Notes under the pieces: generated by a model
Database searches by the model: none
What the model saw: only the letters and a program-made list of their open reading frames with translations
Told to the model about the DNA's origin: nothing
Position numbers and translations under genes: made by a program
Assembly: GCA_965207885.1 (NCBI GenBank)
Contig: OZ242311.1
Location: forward strand, 5,184,001-5,248,000
Length of the DNA: 64,000 nucleotides
From: Candidatus Latescibacterota bacterium
GTDB lineage: Bacteria; Latescibacterota; UBA2968
Direction: 5' to 3'
In this document: piece after piece, positions 40,148 to 50,982 of the stretch
Position numbering within the stretch: position 1 is the first letter of the stretch
How the letters are laid out: every line of letters begins with the position of its first letter

Positions 40148-40846
40148 ATGAAGCGTCTTTTTGCAGTATTCATTGCCACTGGCTTATTGGGTTGCCAGAC
40201 TCAGGAAAAACCCCAATTTGTAGAAGTCAACCTCGAGGACAAGCAACACAAGCTGAGTTATGCACTCGGCTTAAATCTGTCTGAGCAATTGAAAAAGCAG
40301 CAGGGCATGGCAATTGATCTGGATGTATTTGTACAGGGATTCAAAGATGGTTATAGCGGGGAATCCCCCCTGCTTTCCTCAGACGAAGCACTAAAAACTC
40401 TAATCGAGATACAGGAAGAACAAAGGGCACAACAACTTGCGGAGAAAAACAAAATGGCAGCAGAAAACAAAAAAGCCGGCGAGGCTTTCCTCGCGGAAAA
40501 CAGGAAAAAAGAAGGCGTGATGACATTGGACAGCGGCTTGCAATACAAAGTGATCAAAGCCGGTGATGGACCGAAACCCAAAAAAACCGACTCAGTAGTA
40601 TGCCACTATCGCGGAACATTGCTTGACGGCACGGAATTTGACAGTTCTTACAGCCGCGGAGAACCAGCGCAATTTCGCGTCGATCAACTCATTCCCGGCT
40701 GGACAGAAGCCCTGCAACTCATGCCCGCGGGATCGAAATGGGAACTCTATATTCCATCCTATCTGGCTTATGGCGCGCGGCAAGCCGGGCAAATTAGCCC
40801 CAATTCAACGCTTGTATTCGAATTGGAATTGCTCGAGATCAAGTAG
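40148..40846 (+). CDS. FKBP-type peptidyl-prolyl isomerase (FkpA/Mip-like lipoprotein)
   Basis: LSYALG, SGLQY, HYRGTLLDGTEFDSSY, IPGWTEAL, LAYG, PNSTLVF. Confidence 0.95.
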   Translation: MKRLFAVFIATGLLGCQTQEKPQFVEVNLEDKQHKLSYALGLNLSEQLKKQQGMAIDLDVFVQGFKDGYSGESPLLSSDEALKTLIEIQEEQRAQQLAEKNKMAAENKKAGEAFLAENRKKEGVMTLDSGLQYKVIKAGDGPKPKKTDSVVCHYRGTLLDGTEFDSSYSRGEPAQFRVDQLIPGWTEALQLMPAGSKWELYIPSYLAYGARQAGQISPNSTLVFELELLEIK

Positions 40847-40852
40847 CGGGAA

Positions 40853-41563
40853 TTGGTTTTGAAGCTGGACATCCTGTATCGCGACGACGACCTGGTCGCC
40901 ATTCAAAAACCGTGTGGCTGGTTTGTACACCAGACCCACCTGGACAGGTCGGCCATGTGTTGCATGCCCGTATTGCGAAATCAACTCGGGCAGTGGGTTT
41001 ATCCGGTTCACCGCCTGGACCGCGGGACATCGGGCGTTGTGCTATTCGCACTTCACCCTGAAATCGCACGCACATTGGGTGCTGCATTTTCAGCGCGACA
41101 AATAAAAAAAGAATACCTATCCGTAGTGCGCGGGTACTTGCCAGACAAAGGGCGGATACACCACGCCTATCGCCCGCCCAACACATCGTCGCCCGTCGAA
41201 GCCATCACCGATTTCCACTGCGAAGGCACTGTTGAATTACCATACCCCGTGGGGCGATATGAAACCGCGCGATATTCGCTCATGCGCGCAATGCCAGTAA
41301 CAGGTCGGCAACATCAGATCCGCCGCCACTGTGCGCATCTGCGCCACCCAATCATCGGCGATGTGCGCTATGGCGACCGCCATCACAATCAATTTTTTCA
41401 ATCCCATTTTGAAATTAGCCGATTGCTACTAATGGCTACCCGCATCGGTTTTGCACACCCCACATCGGGAACATGGACCGAAATCTCCGCGCCAATTCCC
41501 GGCCCAATTCAGCGCTTATGCCAGCAATTTGGCTGGGAATCTGATCTGGAGGACAAATTATGA
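40853..41563 (+). CDS. truC: tRNA pseudouridine synthase C (RluA family)
   Basis: KPCGWFVH, HRLDRGTSG, KEYLSVVRG, GRYETARYSL, TGRQHQIRRH, HPIIGD. Confidence 0.8.
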   Translation: MVLKLDILYRDDDLVAIQKPCGWFVHQTHLDRSAMCCMPVLRNQLGQWVYPVHRLDRGTSGVVLFALHPEIARTLGAAFSARQIKKEYLSVVRGYLPDKGRIHHAYRPPNTSSPVEAITDFHCEGTVELPYPVGRYETARYSLMRAMPVTGRQHQIRRHCAHLRHPIIGDVRYGDRHHNQFFQSHFEISRLLLMATRIGFAHPTSGTWTEISAPIPGPIQRLCQQFGWESDLEDKL

Positions 41564-42327
41564 ATGTACTGATAACAGGAGCCGAGAGCCGTTTGGGACA
41601 GGCCATCGCCAGAGAATTGGCACCGGATAACCGGTTGCGACTCTGGGGAACGGGCGATCCGCCTTCTGAACTGGATGAAAACATCACCTATTTTGAAGGC
41701 GACATGCGCGACCCAGACGTAGCGTGGCGTGCCGTTCGAAACATGCAGGCTATTATCCACACAGGTGAGCCACCACCCAATCTGCCCGAGGACGACCTCG
41801 CCTGCGAACAAGAATTACTCGATCTGGCAACCCGGGGCACCCATGTCCTATTCAAAGCTGGTATAGATGCCGGTATAAAGCGTTTTGCATACGGAAGCAC
41901 ACTCCAAATATTCGAATCCTACCCCGATGATGTATATATCAGCGAAATGTGGCGACCTATGCCATCGACAGACAAATTTCAGCTCACGCGCTATCTCGGC
42001 GAAATGACAGCGCGCGAATTTGCGCGCGATTTTCCCGTAGCCGTCACAGTATTGCGCCTGGGCAAGCTAATAGCAGAAGAAGACGCTTCCACTCAAGAGC
42101 CAGACCTCATGTGGGTCGATTATCGCGATGCAGCGCGGGCATTTCGCCTATCTCTCAATCGCGATGCACAGTCCGAACTGAAGTGGAACCGGCGATTTGC
42201 CCTCCATCACATTTGTGCGGACATTCCAAACCCAAAATATCTGGTCGGCCAAATTAGTGGACCTCTGTTGCGAGGATTTCAACCGCAACACAATTTTGAA
42301 GCCATCTGGCGTGGAGGTGACGCGTGA
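41560..42327 (+). CDS. NAD-dependent epimerase/dehydratase family (atypical SDR)
   Basis: VLITGAESRLG, GDMRD, RFAYGST. Confidence 0.75.
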   Translation: MNVLITGAESRLGQAIARELAPDNRLRLWGTGDPPSELDENITYFEGDMRDPDVAWRAVRNMQAIIHTGEPPPNLPEDDLACEQELLDLATRGTHVLFKAGIDAGIKRFAYGSTLQIFESYPDDVYISEMWRPMPSTDKFQLTRYLGEMTAREFARDFPVAVTVLRLGKLIAEEDASTQEPDLMWVDYRDAARAFRLSLNRDAQSELKWNRRFALHHICADIPNPKYLVGQISGPLLRGFQPQHNFEAIWRGGDA

Positions 42328-43037
42328 AAAAAGTACTTTTGCTGGGCGCTTCGGGACTAATTGCCCCCAATATCATACCGGATATGGAATCGCATTGCGA
42401 TTTCACATTGGCCGATATAAAGCCCTATCCCGATGGCAGACCTATCGAACATGTGGATATGCGCGAGTACGACCAGGTGCGCGATGCCATGCGGGGCACG
42501 GACGCGGTGATGAATTTCACTGTAAATCGTCCCGATCCCATCTTGAGCTTTCACGTCAGTACACTGGGCGCACTGCATGTCATGAAAGCCGCCGCCGAAT
42601 TGGGCATCAAAAAAGTGGTACACACGGGACCGCAACTGGTGCGAAATTACTACGATCAGGATTTTGAAATCACCGATGTCCCCCGCGCCCCCGGCACCGG
42701 GTATTACGGCATAACCAAAATGCTCAGCTACGAAATTTGTCGCACATATGCGCGGATTTACGATATACAGACAATTTGTTTTGTATTCAACGGTCTGGGC
42801 CCGGAGCCGAGTGAGCCGATCAAAGACGAGGACTTCCCCCCATTTCGCATATTCTGGAAAGACCTGGCCCATGCGTGTTGTCTCGCACTGGACATCGAAT
42901 CCGTACCGGATAATTATCAGGAATTCAACATGGTGAGTATGACAGCGCACCAGAAATACACCACGGAAAAAGCACAACGCATTTTGGGCTACAAACCGGC
43001 TGAACGCTGGGAAAATTATTACAAACGCGAGGTGTGA
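42324..43037 (+). CDS. NAD-dependent epimerase/uronate dehydrogenase-like SDR
   Basis: LLGASGLIA, YGITK (YxxxK). Confidence 0.8.
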   Translation: MKKVLLLGASGLIAPNIIPDMESHCDFTLADIKPYPDGRPIEHVDMREYDQVRDAMRGTDAVMNFTVNRPDPILSFHVSTLGALHVMKAAAELGIKKVVHTGPQLVRNYYDQDFEITDVPRAPGTGYYGITKMLSYEICRTYARIYDIQTICFVFNGLGPEPSEPIKDEDFPPFRIFWKDLAHACCLALDIESVPDNYQEFNMVSMTAHQKYTTEKAQRILGYKPAERWENYYKREV

Positions 43038-43044
43038 TAAAGCT

Positions 43045-44349
43045 ATGTCGTCTTCCAAAACAATTTTCCAAAAAAACCGCAAAGTCATCCCCGGCGGCGT
43101 AGTATCAGTCAACCGCGCTGTCGCGCCGGAAATTGCCTTTGTGCGCGGACAGGGCAGCCATGTGTGGGATGCAGACGGCAATGAATACATCGACTATCAC
43201 GCGGCATTCGCGCCATTTATTCTCGGACACAACGATCCGGATGTAAACGCGGCAGTGGCAAAAGTAATCGCCGACGGCACAACACTGATGGGATCGGGCA
43301 CCAATCCATGGGAAGGGCATTGCGCCGCATTAATTGTAAAACACGTACCGTCCGTCGAAAAAGTCATGCTCACAAATACGGGATCGGAAGCCACCTATCA
43401 CGCTATTCGAATCGCGCGGGCGCACACGGGGCGCAATGGCGTCATCGTAATACAGGGAGGATATAACGGCTGGCACAACGACGTAGCGTTGAATGTAATG
43501 ACACCAATAGACGCAATAGGACCGCGGGTCTCGCCGGGCGAATACAAAAAAATACCGCTCTCTGCTGGCGTACCCAATAGCGCGTTAGACGATATACATG
43601 TAGTAAATTTTAACGACCTCAACTCCGTGCGCTGGGCAATGGATCAATACGATATTGCCGCGTTAATTCTCGAGCCAATATTGCAAAATATCGGCATCGT
43701 ACATCCGCAAGCGGGCTATTTACAGGGACTGCGCGATTTGTGCGATGCGCGAGGGGTAGTGCTGATATTCGACGAAGTAAAAACGGGATTTCGCCACGCG
43801 ATGGGAGGCTATCAAAGCATATGTGGCATCATGCCAGACCTGTCCGTATTTGGCAAAGCAATAGCCAATGGCTACCCCATTGGCGCGATTGGCGGACGGG
43901 CGTCGCTCATGGATTATTTTGTCCACAAAGAGCCCGCAAAGCGCGTGTTAATTGCTGGAACGTACAACGCCCATCCCATATCATGCGCGGGCGCCATTTC
44001 CACAATGGAAAAACTCGCATCGGCAAATTTTGAAGAACTTTACGCAATAGGCGAACAATTGGAAACGGAATTGACCGCATTATTCAAAGAATCCGGAATA
44101 GAAGCGTCCATTGTCCGACAGGGATCGGCTTTTTGCGTTTATTTTATGGACCACGCGCCCGTTGATTGGCACGATATTGCCGAACACCACGATTTCGCGC
44201 TTGACGAACAGTATCGTCGCGCATTGATTGAAAAAGGCATTTATCACTTTCCACTGGCAACAAAGCAAGGCAGTATTTCGTTTGCACATTCACGATCAGA
44301 TATAGATGAGACGCTCTCAAAAACGCGAGACGTTCTTCAATCACTTTGA
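43045..44349 (+). CDS. Class III PLP aminotransferase (GSA-aminomutase-like)
   Basis: IPGGV, DGNEYID, NTGSEA, FDEVKTGFR, FGKAIANGYP. Confidence 0.87.
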   Translation: MSSSKTIFQKNRKVIPGGVVSVNRAVAPEIAFVRGQGSHVWDADGNEYIDYHAAFAPFILGHNDPDVNAAVAKVIADGTTLMGSGTNPWEGHCAALIVKHVPSVEKVMLTNTGSEATYHAIRIARAHTGRNGVIVIQGGYNGWHNDVALNVMTPIDAIGPRVSPGEYKKIPLSAGVPNSALDDIHVVNFNDLNSVRWAMDQYDIAALILEPILQNIGIVHPQAGYLQGLRDLCDARGVVLIFDEVKTGFRHAMGGYQSICGIMPDLSVFGKAIANGYPIGAIGGRASLMDYFVHKEPAKRVLIAGTYNAHPISCAGAISTMEKLASANFEELYAIGEQLETELTALFKESGIEASIVRQGSAFCVYFMDHAPVDWHDIAEHHDFALDEQYRRALIEKGIYHFPLATKQGSISFAHSRSDIDETLSKTRDVLQSL

Positions 44350-44359
44350 GGAGGAGTAT

Positions 44360-46255
44360 ATGGGAAGTCCAGCAAAGAAGGCGATTGTCATAGGGATGGA
44401 TGGGGCGAGCATGGAAATTGTGAAAAACCTGGCCGACTGGGGGCACATGCCCAATATCGCAAAACTTATGGAACGCGGGGCATGGCGCCCCATGATTGGC
44501 GTGTTTCCCACCCTCACGCCGCCGGGATGGACGGCTATAGCCACGGGATCATGGCCCGGCAATCACGAAGTAATGGATTTTAACATTCGCGCCCTGGGCA
44601 AACGGCTGGATCAGACCGTCTGGGGCATCAATACGGAACTATCCAAATCCGAATACATCTGGAATACTTATGAGCGTGCGGGTAAAATGCCGATTCTGGT
44701 CAAATGGGAAATGTCGTGGCCGCCCACCGTCACGACCGGAATCCAGGTAGAAGGCACGGGACCCGGCGTATCCAATCACCATCAGGTCGCGGGCTATCAC
44801 TTATTTGTAGGAGGTAAGTGGGCACCTCGACGACTGGTCGTACAGCGCGACCCTGAAACACTGGACCCGAGCGCCCTGCAAACCGTATCGGAATTTGACC
44901 CCGTCACCCTCAAAGCGGCAGATGGGTGGACAGCACTGCCCGACTCCGAAAAGCCACCGCTTGAAGTCGAAATGGTGATCACGCCTCTGGCGCGCGGACG
45001 CGCGCCCATGAACCGGGGAAAGAAAGGCACGCCCAAACCATTTTACGGTTTAATCTACGCGACAACCGCAAAGGGATACGATCGCATATCCGTCTGTAGC
45101 ACGCGAGACGGAGATTCAAAAGTGTGTGACCTCGGCGTGGGCGAATGGAGCGATTGGTGGCTCGACACATTTGAAATAGACGGCGAACAGGTAAGCGGCT
45201 ACGTACAGATGAAATTGATCGCACTGACCGAAAATGCCGATATGTTCGAGCTATTCGTACCGCAAATCTGGCCTCCCGACGACTATACCAAACCGGCTTC
45301 AATCGCGCGGGAAATCGACGAAAACGTCGGTAATTTCTTGCAAAACCCCGGCCGCGATGCCCTGGGCGTAATTGACGACGACACGTATTTTGAATTGCTG
45401 GAGTTCCACCACCAGCGACTGGCCGATGTCGCGCAGTACCTGACGGGATCTCGCTCATGGGATCTGCTGATGATTGAAACACACGCTTCGGATTATACGA
45501 GCCACTTCTTCCTGGGGCAGGCCGATCCCACCAGCGGTGCCGAGCAATCGGTCCTCGAGCGGTCGCGCGAAGGCGTCTTCCGCACCTATCAGTCAATTGA
45601 TCGCATGATCGGGCGCATCGTTGACGATATTGCCGACGATGATACCGTCGTCGCAGTTGTGGCCGATCACGGCGGTACATCCAATCAATTCCCCGCGGTC
45701 AACATCCGCAAAGTCCTCACAGAAACGGGATTTGTGAAATACCACGAAAATGGACAAATCGACTGGAGCAAAACGCGCGCATGCGACGTGGGATTGGTGC
45801 ATATCTTCATCAATCTGGAAGGACGCGAACCCGACGGAATCGTTTCTCAAGAGGATTACGAAACCGTGCGCCGAGAGCTAATCGCCGCGCTGATGGAATA
45901 CAAAGACGAAGCCACCGGACGCCACCCCTTCGCGCTGGCTCTGAGCCGCGAAAATGCCGAAATGGTCAACTTGTGGAGCGACCTGGTTGGCGATGTGGTC
46001 TATGCACTGCATCCCGAATTTGACGGCGCGCACGGCAAGCAATTGCCCTCGGTGAGCTTTGGCATGGCCGGGCAGCATTCGACATTTGTGATTGCAGGCG
46101 CGGGGATTAAGCAGACCGGCATGCTCACAAAACAAGTGCGCTCAATCGATGTCGCCCCCACAATCTGTTATCTCACCGGAGTACCCATGCCGATGCAGGT
46201 CGAAGGCGGCGTGGTCTATGAAGCTCTCGAAGATCCCGATTGGCATATAAAATAA
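44360..46255 (+). CDS. Alkaline phosphatase superfamily, nucleotide pyrophosphatase/phosphodiesterase-like
   Basis: IGMDGA, PTLTPPGW..ATG, VADHG, GAH, IDVAPT. Confidence 0.85.
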   Translation: MGSPAKKAIVIGMDGASMEIVKNLADWGHMPNIAKLMERGAWRPMIGVFPTLTPPGWTAIATGSWPGNHEVMDFNIRALGKRLDQTVWGINTELSKSEYIWNTYERAGKMPILVKWEMSWPPTVTTGIQVEGTGPGVSNHHQVAGYHLFVGGKWAPRRLVVQRDPETLDPSALQTVSEFDPVTLKAADGWTALPDSEKPPLEVEMVITPLARGRAPMNRGKKGTPKPFYGLIYATTAKGYDRISVCSTRDGDSKVCDLGVGEWSDWWLDTFEIDGEQVSGYVQMKLIALTENADMFELFVPQIWPPDDYTKPASIAREIDENVGNFLQNPGRDALGVIDDDTYFELLEFHHQRLADVAQYLTGSRSWDLLMIETHASDYTSHFFLGQADPTSGAEQSVLERSREGVFRTYQSIDRMIGRIVDDIADDDTVVAVVADHGGTSNQFPAVNIRKVLTETGFVKYHENGQIDWSKTRACDVGLVHIFINLEGREPDGIVSQEDYETVRRELIAALMEYKDEATGRHPFALALSRENAEMVNLWSDLVGDVVYALHPEFDGAHGKQLPSVSFGMAGQHSTFVIAGAGIKQTGMLTKQVRSIDVAPTICYLTGVPMPMQVEGGVVYEALEDPDWHIK

Positions 46256-46256
46256 T

Positions 46257-48221
46257 ATGGCAGAAGCATCGACATATCGGGCAACAGAGGTTCAAAGCGG
46301 TCGCGCCGTAACACCCCGGGCCATTTTTGTAGCCATCGTAATCATCGTCGCAACCGTCTTGTGGGACGAGTGGATGGCCTACTACATGAGCGGCTCTAAT
46401 ATCAGCCGCAGCCATTTCCCCCTGGCACTGCTCTTTCCATTCTTATCGCTGGCCGTATTGAACATCATCGCGCGCCGTGCCCTGCCCTCTCTCGTACTCA
46501 CACCACCGGAATTGCGCGTGGTTTTGGGGATGGGGCTCGTCGCCGCGATTGTGCCTTATGACGGCGTTACCGGGCACCTCATCGGTGTCTTAGCCGGGGT
46601 GTACTATTTTGCAACGCCAGAAAACGGATGGAATTTTTATCTCCATCACAATATCCCAACCTGGTTGGCACCGCAAAATGATACGGGCGCGATGAACTGG
46701 TTTTACGAGGGCACGCCCGCAGGCCATGTCCCCGCACTCGGCGCGTGGGTAACCCCGCTTTTCTGGTGGACCTGCTTCCTCGGCGCAGTCGCATTTGCCG
46801 TCTTTTGTGTGGTCGTCATGTTGCGCCGACAGTGGGTAGATCACGAACGCTTGACCTATCCCATCGTAGAAGTGGGCACCTTATTGACCGAGACTCAGCA
46901 AGGGGGCAAGCTATCTCAGGTTTTTTCGTCGCCGCTGTTCTGGATCGCGTTTGGACTTGTGATGCTGCTAAAAGTCTGGAACATCGGGTCGTACTTCACA
47001 CCGATTTTTCCGCACATTCCGTTTGAAGGCGGACAGTTTCGGTTCTATCCCGACTTTCCTTTTTTAATTCGCAGAGTCAGTTTTTATGCCATTGGCTTTG
47101 GTTATTTTGCGCGATTGGACGTACTGTTCAGCGTTTGGGTATGGGTCCTTTTATCTGGCTTTGAGGTCTTTTTATTCAACAAATTTGGGTACACACCCGG
47201 CGCAGCAGACCGCCAGTGGCAAAGTCCTGCCCTGGGTTGGCAAAGCGGTGGCGCACTCATTTTTCTCGCAATCTGGAGCCTGTGGATGGGCCGCGCACAC
47301 CTCACAGATGTCTGGCGAAAAGCCGTGCAACCAGATTGCGAAGTCGATGACAGCGGCGAATTGCTATCGTATCGCACGGCTGTAATCGGCCTGATCGTCT
47401 CCCTGTTATTTGTCGCTACCTGGTTATACGCCGCGGGCCTGGCACTATTTGTCATTCTCACATTTTTGCCAATTGCCCTGTTGACATTTTTGGGACTCTC
47501 TCGCGTAGTTGCCGAACTCGGCCTCGTGTACGTGTACTATCAGGTACAGCCGTTTGACGCAGTATTGCAAATTTGGGGCACGCCAACAATCAACGGGCAA
47601 AGTGTCACAATCCTATCGTTTATGCGGATATTTAACAGCGCTGGCAAAGGCTATGTCATGCCCGCCATGACACAATCCGTCAAAGCCGTAGATCGCGTGG
47701 TAAAACCCAGACAAATTGCCCTGATGATCGGGATATCACTCATCCTGGGTTATATGGTTTCCGTCGCCAACACACTGTACCTGGGATATGCTTATGGCGC
47801 GTACAACCTGGGCAACATGGGGCTCAAAAACGCCGCGCCGGGCGCATTTAATAAAGCGATCAACTCCATCCGCAACCCAATACCAATGGGTGGCAAAGGC
47901 GGATTGGCAATATGGGCTTTAATCGGTGCAGCAGCTATGGCCGCGTTCACACTCGCGCGCTATTGGCTCCCCTGGTGGCCCCTGCACCCCATTGGCCTGG
48001 CCATCCAGGGCAACTACGGCGTCACAAAAGTCTTCTTTTCAATTGTGATCGTCTGGGCAATCAAATCGCTACTGATGAGAATAGGCGGCGTGGATCTCTA
48101 CGAACGCGGCAAGCCCTTTTTCATCGGATTGATCGTCGCCCAAGCTTTGAGCACGGCCCTGGTCTTTGCCATTGATTGGGTGTGGTTCCCCGCACGCGGG
48201 CACAATGTACACAATTATTAA
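46257..48221 (+). CDS. DUF6785/DUF6784-type polytopic membrane protein (putative transporter)
   Basis: Many TM helices; RRQWVDHERLTYP, DVLFSVW, WWPLHPIG, PFFIGL. Confidence 0.7.
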   Translation: MAEASTYRATEVQSGRAVTPRAIFVAIVIIVATVLWDEWMAYYMSGSNISRSHFPLALLFPFLSLAVLNIIARRALPSLVLTPPELRVVLGMGLVAAIVPYDGVTGHLIGVLAGVYYFATPENGWNFYLHHNIPTWLAPQNDTGAMNWFYEGTPAGHVPALGAWVTPLFWWTCFLGAVAFAVFCVVVMLRRQWVDHERLTYPIVEVGTLLTETQQGGKLSQVFSSPLFWIAFGLVMLLKVWNIGSYFTPIFPHIPFEGGQFRFYPDFPFLIRRVSFYAIGFGYFARLDVLFSVWVWVLLSGFEVFLFNKFGYTPGAADRQWQSPALGWQSGGALIFLAIWSLWMGRAHLTDVWRKAVQPDCEVDDSGELLSYRTAVIGLIVSLLFVATWLYAAGLALFVILTFLPIALLTFLGLSRVVAELGLVYVYYQVQPFDAVLQIWGTPTINGQSVTILSFMRIFNSAGKGYVMPAMTQSVKAVDRVVKPRQIALMIGISLILGYMVSVANTLYLGYAYGAYNLGNMGLKNAAPGAFNKAINSIRNPIPMGGKGGLAIWALIGAAAMAAFTLARYWLPWWPLHPIGLAIQGNYGVTKVFFSIVIVWAIKSLLMRIGGVDLYERGKPFFIGLIVAQALSTALVFAIDWVWFPARGHNVHNY

Positions 48222-48233
48222 AAAGGAAACCCA

Positions 48234-49247
48234 ATGATCGGAGTGGCAATTCAAGGCGCGGGAAATGTATCCACCGAACATATCAAAGCATACCAGAACA
48301 ATCCCCATACCCGGGTCGTAGCCATCGGCAGTCGCACGTTGGAAAGCGCGAAAAAAAAGGCCATCGCCTGCGGTATAGATTGTGAACTATTCGACTCTTA
48401 CGACCGCATGCTCGCCTATCCCGGCGTAGATCTGGTATCGATTTGCACCCCCCCGGATTTACACGCAGCAGAAACCATCGCAGCAGCCGAAGCCTGCAAA
48501 CACATTCTAATCGAAAAACCCGTGGCTCTGAACCCAGACGAACTTCACGCCATGGATGCTGCGGTTCAAAAAGCCGGGGTAAAAACCGTCGTGAGCTTTG
48601 TCCTGCGGTGGAACCCAATGGTCCTATCCATCAAACAAGTCATTGAAAAGGGATGGATCGGACAGCCACTTCTCGTACAGGCCGATTACTGGCACGGACC
48701 AACCCATCAGCGCCCCAAAAAATTTGAACGACCCCAGTGGAATCCCATGACTGCCGGGGCTATTGTACACGGAGGCTGTCACGCAATGGATGCTGCGCGA
48801 TATGTGCTGGATAATGACCCCATCATTCAGGTATCGGGCGTCTCTGCTCGCAATTCCAGTCATCCCGAAACATATCTCGCAACAACCGCAGCCGCGGTTC
48901 AATTCGAACGCGGCACCGCGGGAAAAATTTCCGGATCGACCGAATTTTTTATGCCCTATGTATTCAATCTGGAAGTATTTGGCGACGAAGGCATAATCCG
49001 CAACAATCGGTTTTATACAAAACAAATCCCGGGACAACGCGACCTATCTGAAATACCAACCGTATTGCCAGACAGCGGCGCAGTATCGCACCATCCCTTC
49101 CAGGAAATGATCGACCATTTCATCGACTGTATCACAACCGACGTGGAATCCCACGATAATCTATCCGTAGCGGTCAACACCCACCTGGCCTGCTTTGCCG
49201 CTGAAGCATCAGCGCGGGATCGGGGCGCACCTGTTCACTTGAGGTAG
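48234..49247 (+). CDS. Gfo/Idh/MocA family oxidoreductase
   Basis: QGAGNVS, ICTPPDLH, IEKP, GCHAMD. Confidence 0.9.
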   Translation: MIGVAIQGAGNVSTEHIKAYQNNPHTRVVAIGSRTLESAKKKAIACGIDCELFDSYDRMLAYPGVDLVSICTPPDLHAAETIAAAEACKHILIEKPVALNPDELHAMDAAVQKAGVKTVVSFVLRWNPMVLSIKQVIEKGWIGQPLLVQADYWHGPTHQRPKKFERPQWNPMTAGAIVHGGCHAMDAARYVLDNDPIIQVSGVSARNSSHPETYLATTAAAVQFERGTAGKISGSTEFFMPYVFNLEVFGDEGIIRNNRFYTKQIPGQRDLSEIPTVLPDSGAVSHHPFQEMIDHFIDCITTDVESHDNLSVAVNTHLACFAAEASARDRGAPVHLR

Positions 49248-49260
49248 GAGGAGATACCAC

Positions 49261-50265
49261 ATGGCATCAGACCAAACACTCAAAATAGGACTCGTCGGCT
49301 GTGGGGGATTGGGATCGCGTCACGCCGCCCATGTAGAGAGCATAGAAGGCGCAGAACTGGTGGCAGTCTGCGATCAGGACCGGACTTCAGCAACGGCTCT
49401 ATCCGATAAACTCGCGTTCCAGCCGGCTGTTTACGACAATCACCGAACCATGCTATCGGAGCAATCTCCAGACGCCGTGCTCGTAGTAACACCCAATTTT
49501 GTACACAGCCCCATTACAGTTGATGCCGCCACAGCAGGCGCGCATGTCTTCTGCGAAAAACCAATGGCACTCACAGTTGAAGATTGCGACGCAATGATTG
49601 AAGCGGCTGATAACGCCGGTGTCTTTTTAATGATCGGGTATGTGCGGCGATTTCAAAATGCCTACCGCGAAATGAAACGATTGATCGCTGAAGGACAAAT
49701 CGGCGAGATTCGCATGGCGCATACCGTGCGTTTGGGCACAGGAGCACCTGGAGGCGTAGCGGGATGGCAATTGGATCGGGAGAGATACGGCGGGCTTTTT
49801 TCAATGCACAGCCACGAACTGGATCAACTGACCTGGATGGCTGGCGAAGTGCGCGCTGTTCAGGCAGTGATGCGATACGACGATGCGTCAGATAACACCG
49901 TAGAGGAAAGCATTTTTATCAATCTGGAATTCGGTTCAGGTGCAATCGGATCTCTGAGCAGCAGCCGAATTTATCCAGGCGGAAGCTATGAACTGGGCGT
50001 GGCTGGCACTGAAGGCTCAGTAAAAATCACCAGTGGAACGGGTGCGCAACTCACACTCAACCAGGTAGGCGAAAAACCCGAACACATGACTTATGAGCGG
50101 AACAATGGCCTGCTGGAAGAAATGACCTATTTTTTAAATTGTATCCGAACAGGCGAACAACCGCAGTCCAACGGCCACGACGGTCGGCGCACCATTGCGA
50201 TTTCTCTCGCCGCGCATGAATCTGCTCGCACAGGTGAAAGGGTAGAAGTACAAGAATATAGTTGA
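49261..50265 (+). CDS. Gfo/Idh/MocA family oxidoreductase (IolG-like)
   Basis: VGCGGLG, VTPNFVH, CEKPMA, HELD. Confidence 0.9.
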   Translation: MASDQTLKIGLVGCGGLGSRHAAHVESIEGAELVAVCDQDRTSATALSDKLAFQPAVYDNHRTMLSEQSPDAVLVVTPNFVHSPITVDAATAGAHVFCEKPMALTVEDCDAMIEAADNAGVFLMIGYVRRFQNAYREMKRLIAEGQIGEIRMAHTVRLGTGAPGGVAGWQLDRERYGGLFSMHSHELDQLTWMAGEVRAVQAVMRYDDASDNTVEESIFINLEFGSGAIGSLSSSRIYPGGSYELGVAGTEGSVKITSGTGAQLTLNQVGEKPEHMTYERNNGLLEEMTYFLNCIRTGEQPQSNGHDGRRTIAISLAAHESARTGERVEVQEYS

Positions 50266-50276
50266 TGGAGGCCTCA

Positions 50277-50972
50277 ATGGCAAAATTCGAACAAGTACAG
50301 GCATTGACATTTGACCTATTTGGCACGATTTTGGATCTGGGTGGCAGCTTGACCCCATTTATCGCCGACATGTTGCGAGAGAAAGGTGCCGACACCACAG
50401 CAGAACAGTTCTGGCAACAATGGCGTTATCGGCAGCGACTGGAGCAATTTCAGGACACAATCATGATGCTCGGACATGGAGGCTACCTGGAGACAGTGCG
50501 ACGGGCATTTGTATATGTACTCGCCCTGAATAAAATTGAAATGTCAAAAGAGGAAGTACAGACATTCCTCGCATGCTGGCAGAAATTATCCCCCTTCCCC
50601 GAAGTCAGAGCAGGGCTGGAAAAACTGGCCACGCGTTACAAACTCGTCGGACTATCCAATGGCGACCCCGCCTTTCTCGATCACCTGGCGAAAAACCGGA
50701 TCCAGTGGGATTTTGACGACGTCATCTCCGTAACGACAATGGGCGCATTCAAGCCTCATCCCGCCGTGTATCGCCGCGCCGCGCAAATCCTCAGCCTGGA
50801 AGTAGGCGAATGCATGATGGTATCGGCCAACTCGTTTGACGTGGTAGGCGCTCGCGCCTGCGGTATGCGAGGTGCGTACGTGAACCGCTACAACTTGCCC
50901 TACGAAGACTCCCCGTATCGCACAGATGTAACCGTCGCCGATTTTACAGAATTGGCCGAAGCAATCGCATAA
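50277..50972 (+). CDS. Haloacid dehalogenase type II (L-2-haloacid dehalogenase-like)
   Basis: FDLFGTILD, LSNG, FKPHPAVY, VSANSFDVVGA. Confidence 0.88.
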   Translation: MAKFEQVQALTFDLFGTILDLGGSLTPFIADMLREKGADTTAEQFWQQWRYRQRLEQFQDTIMMLGHGGYLETVRRAFVYVLALNKIEMSKEEVQTFLACWQKLSPFPEVRAGLEKLATRYKLVGLSNGDPAFLDHLAKNRIQWDFDDVISVTTMGAFKPHPAVYRRAAQILSLEVGECMMVSANSFDVVGARACGMRGAYVNRYNLPYEDSPYRTDVTVADFTELAEAIA

Positions 50973-50982
50973 AAGGCCCAAT

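Noticed and set aside
43045-44349. Calling the aminotransferase hemL
   Set aside because: No tetrapyrrole genes nearby and motifs diverge (GGYNGWHND); GSA-like paralogs are common
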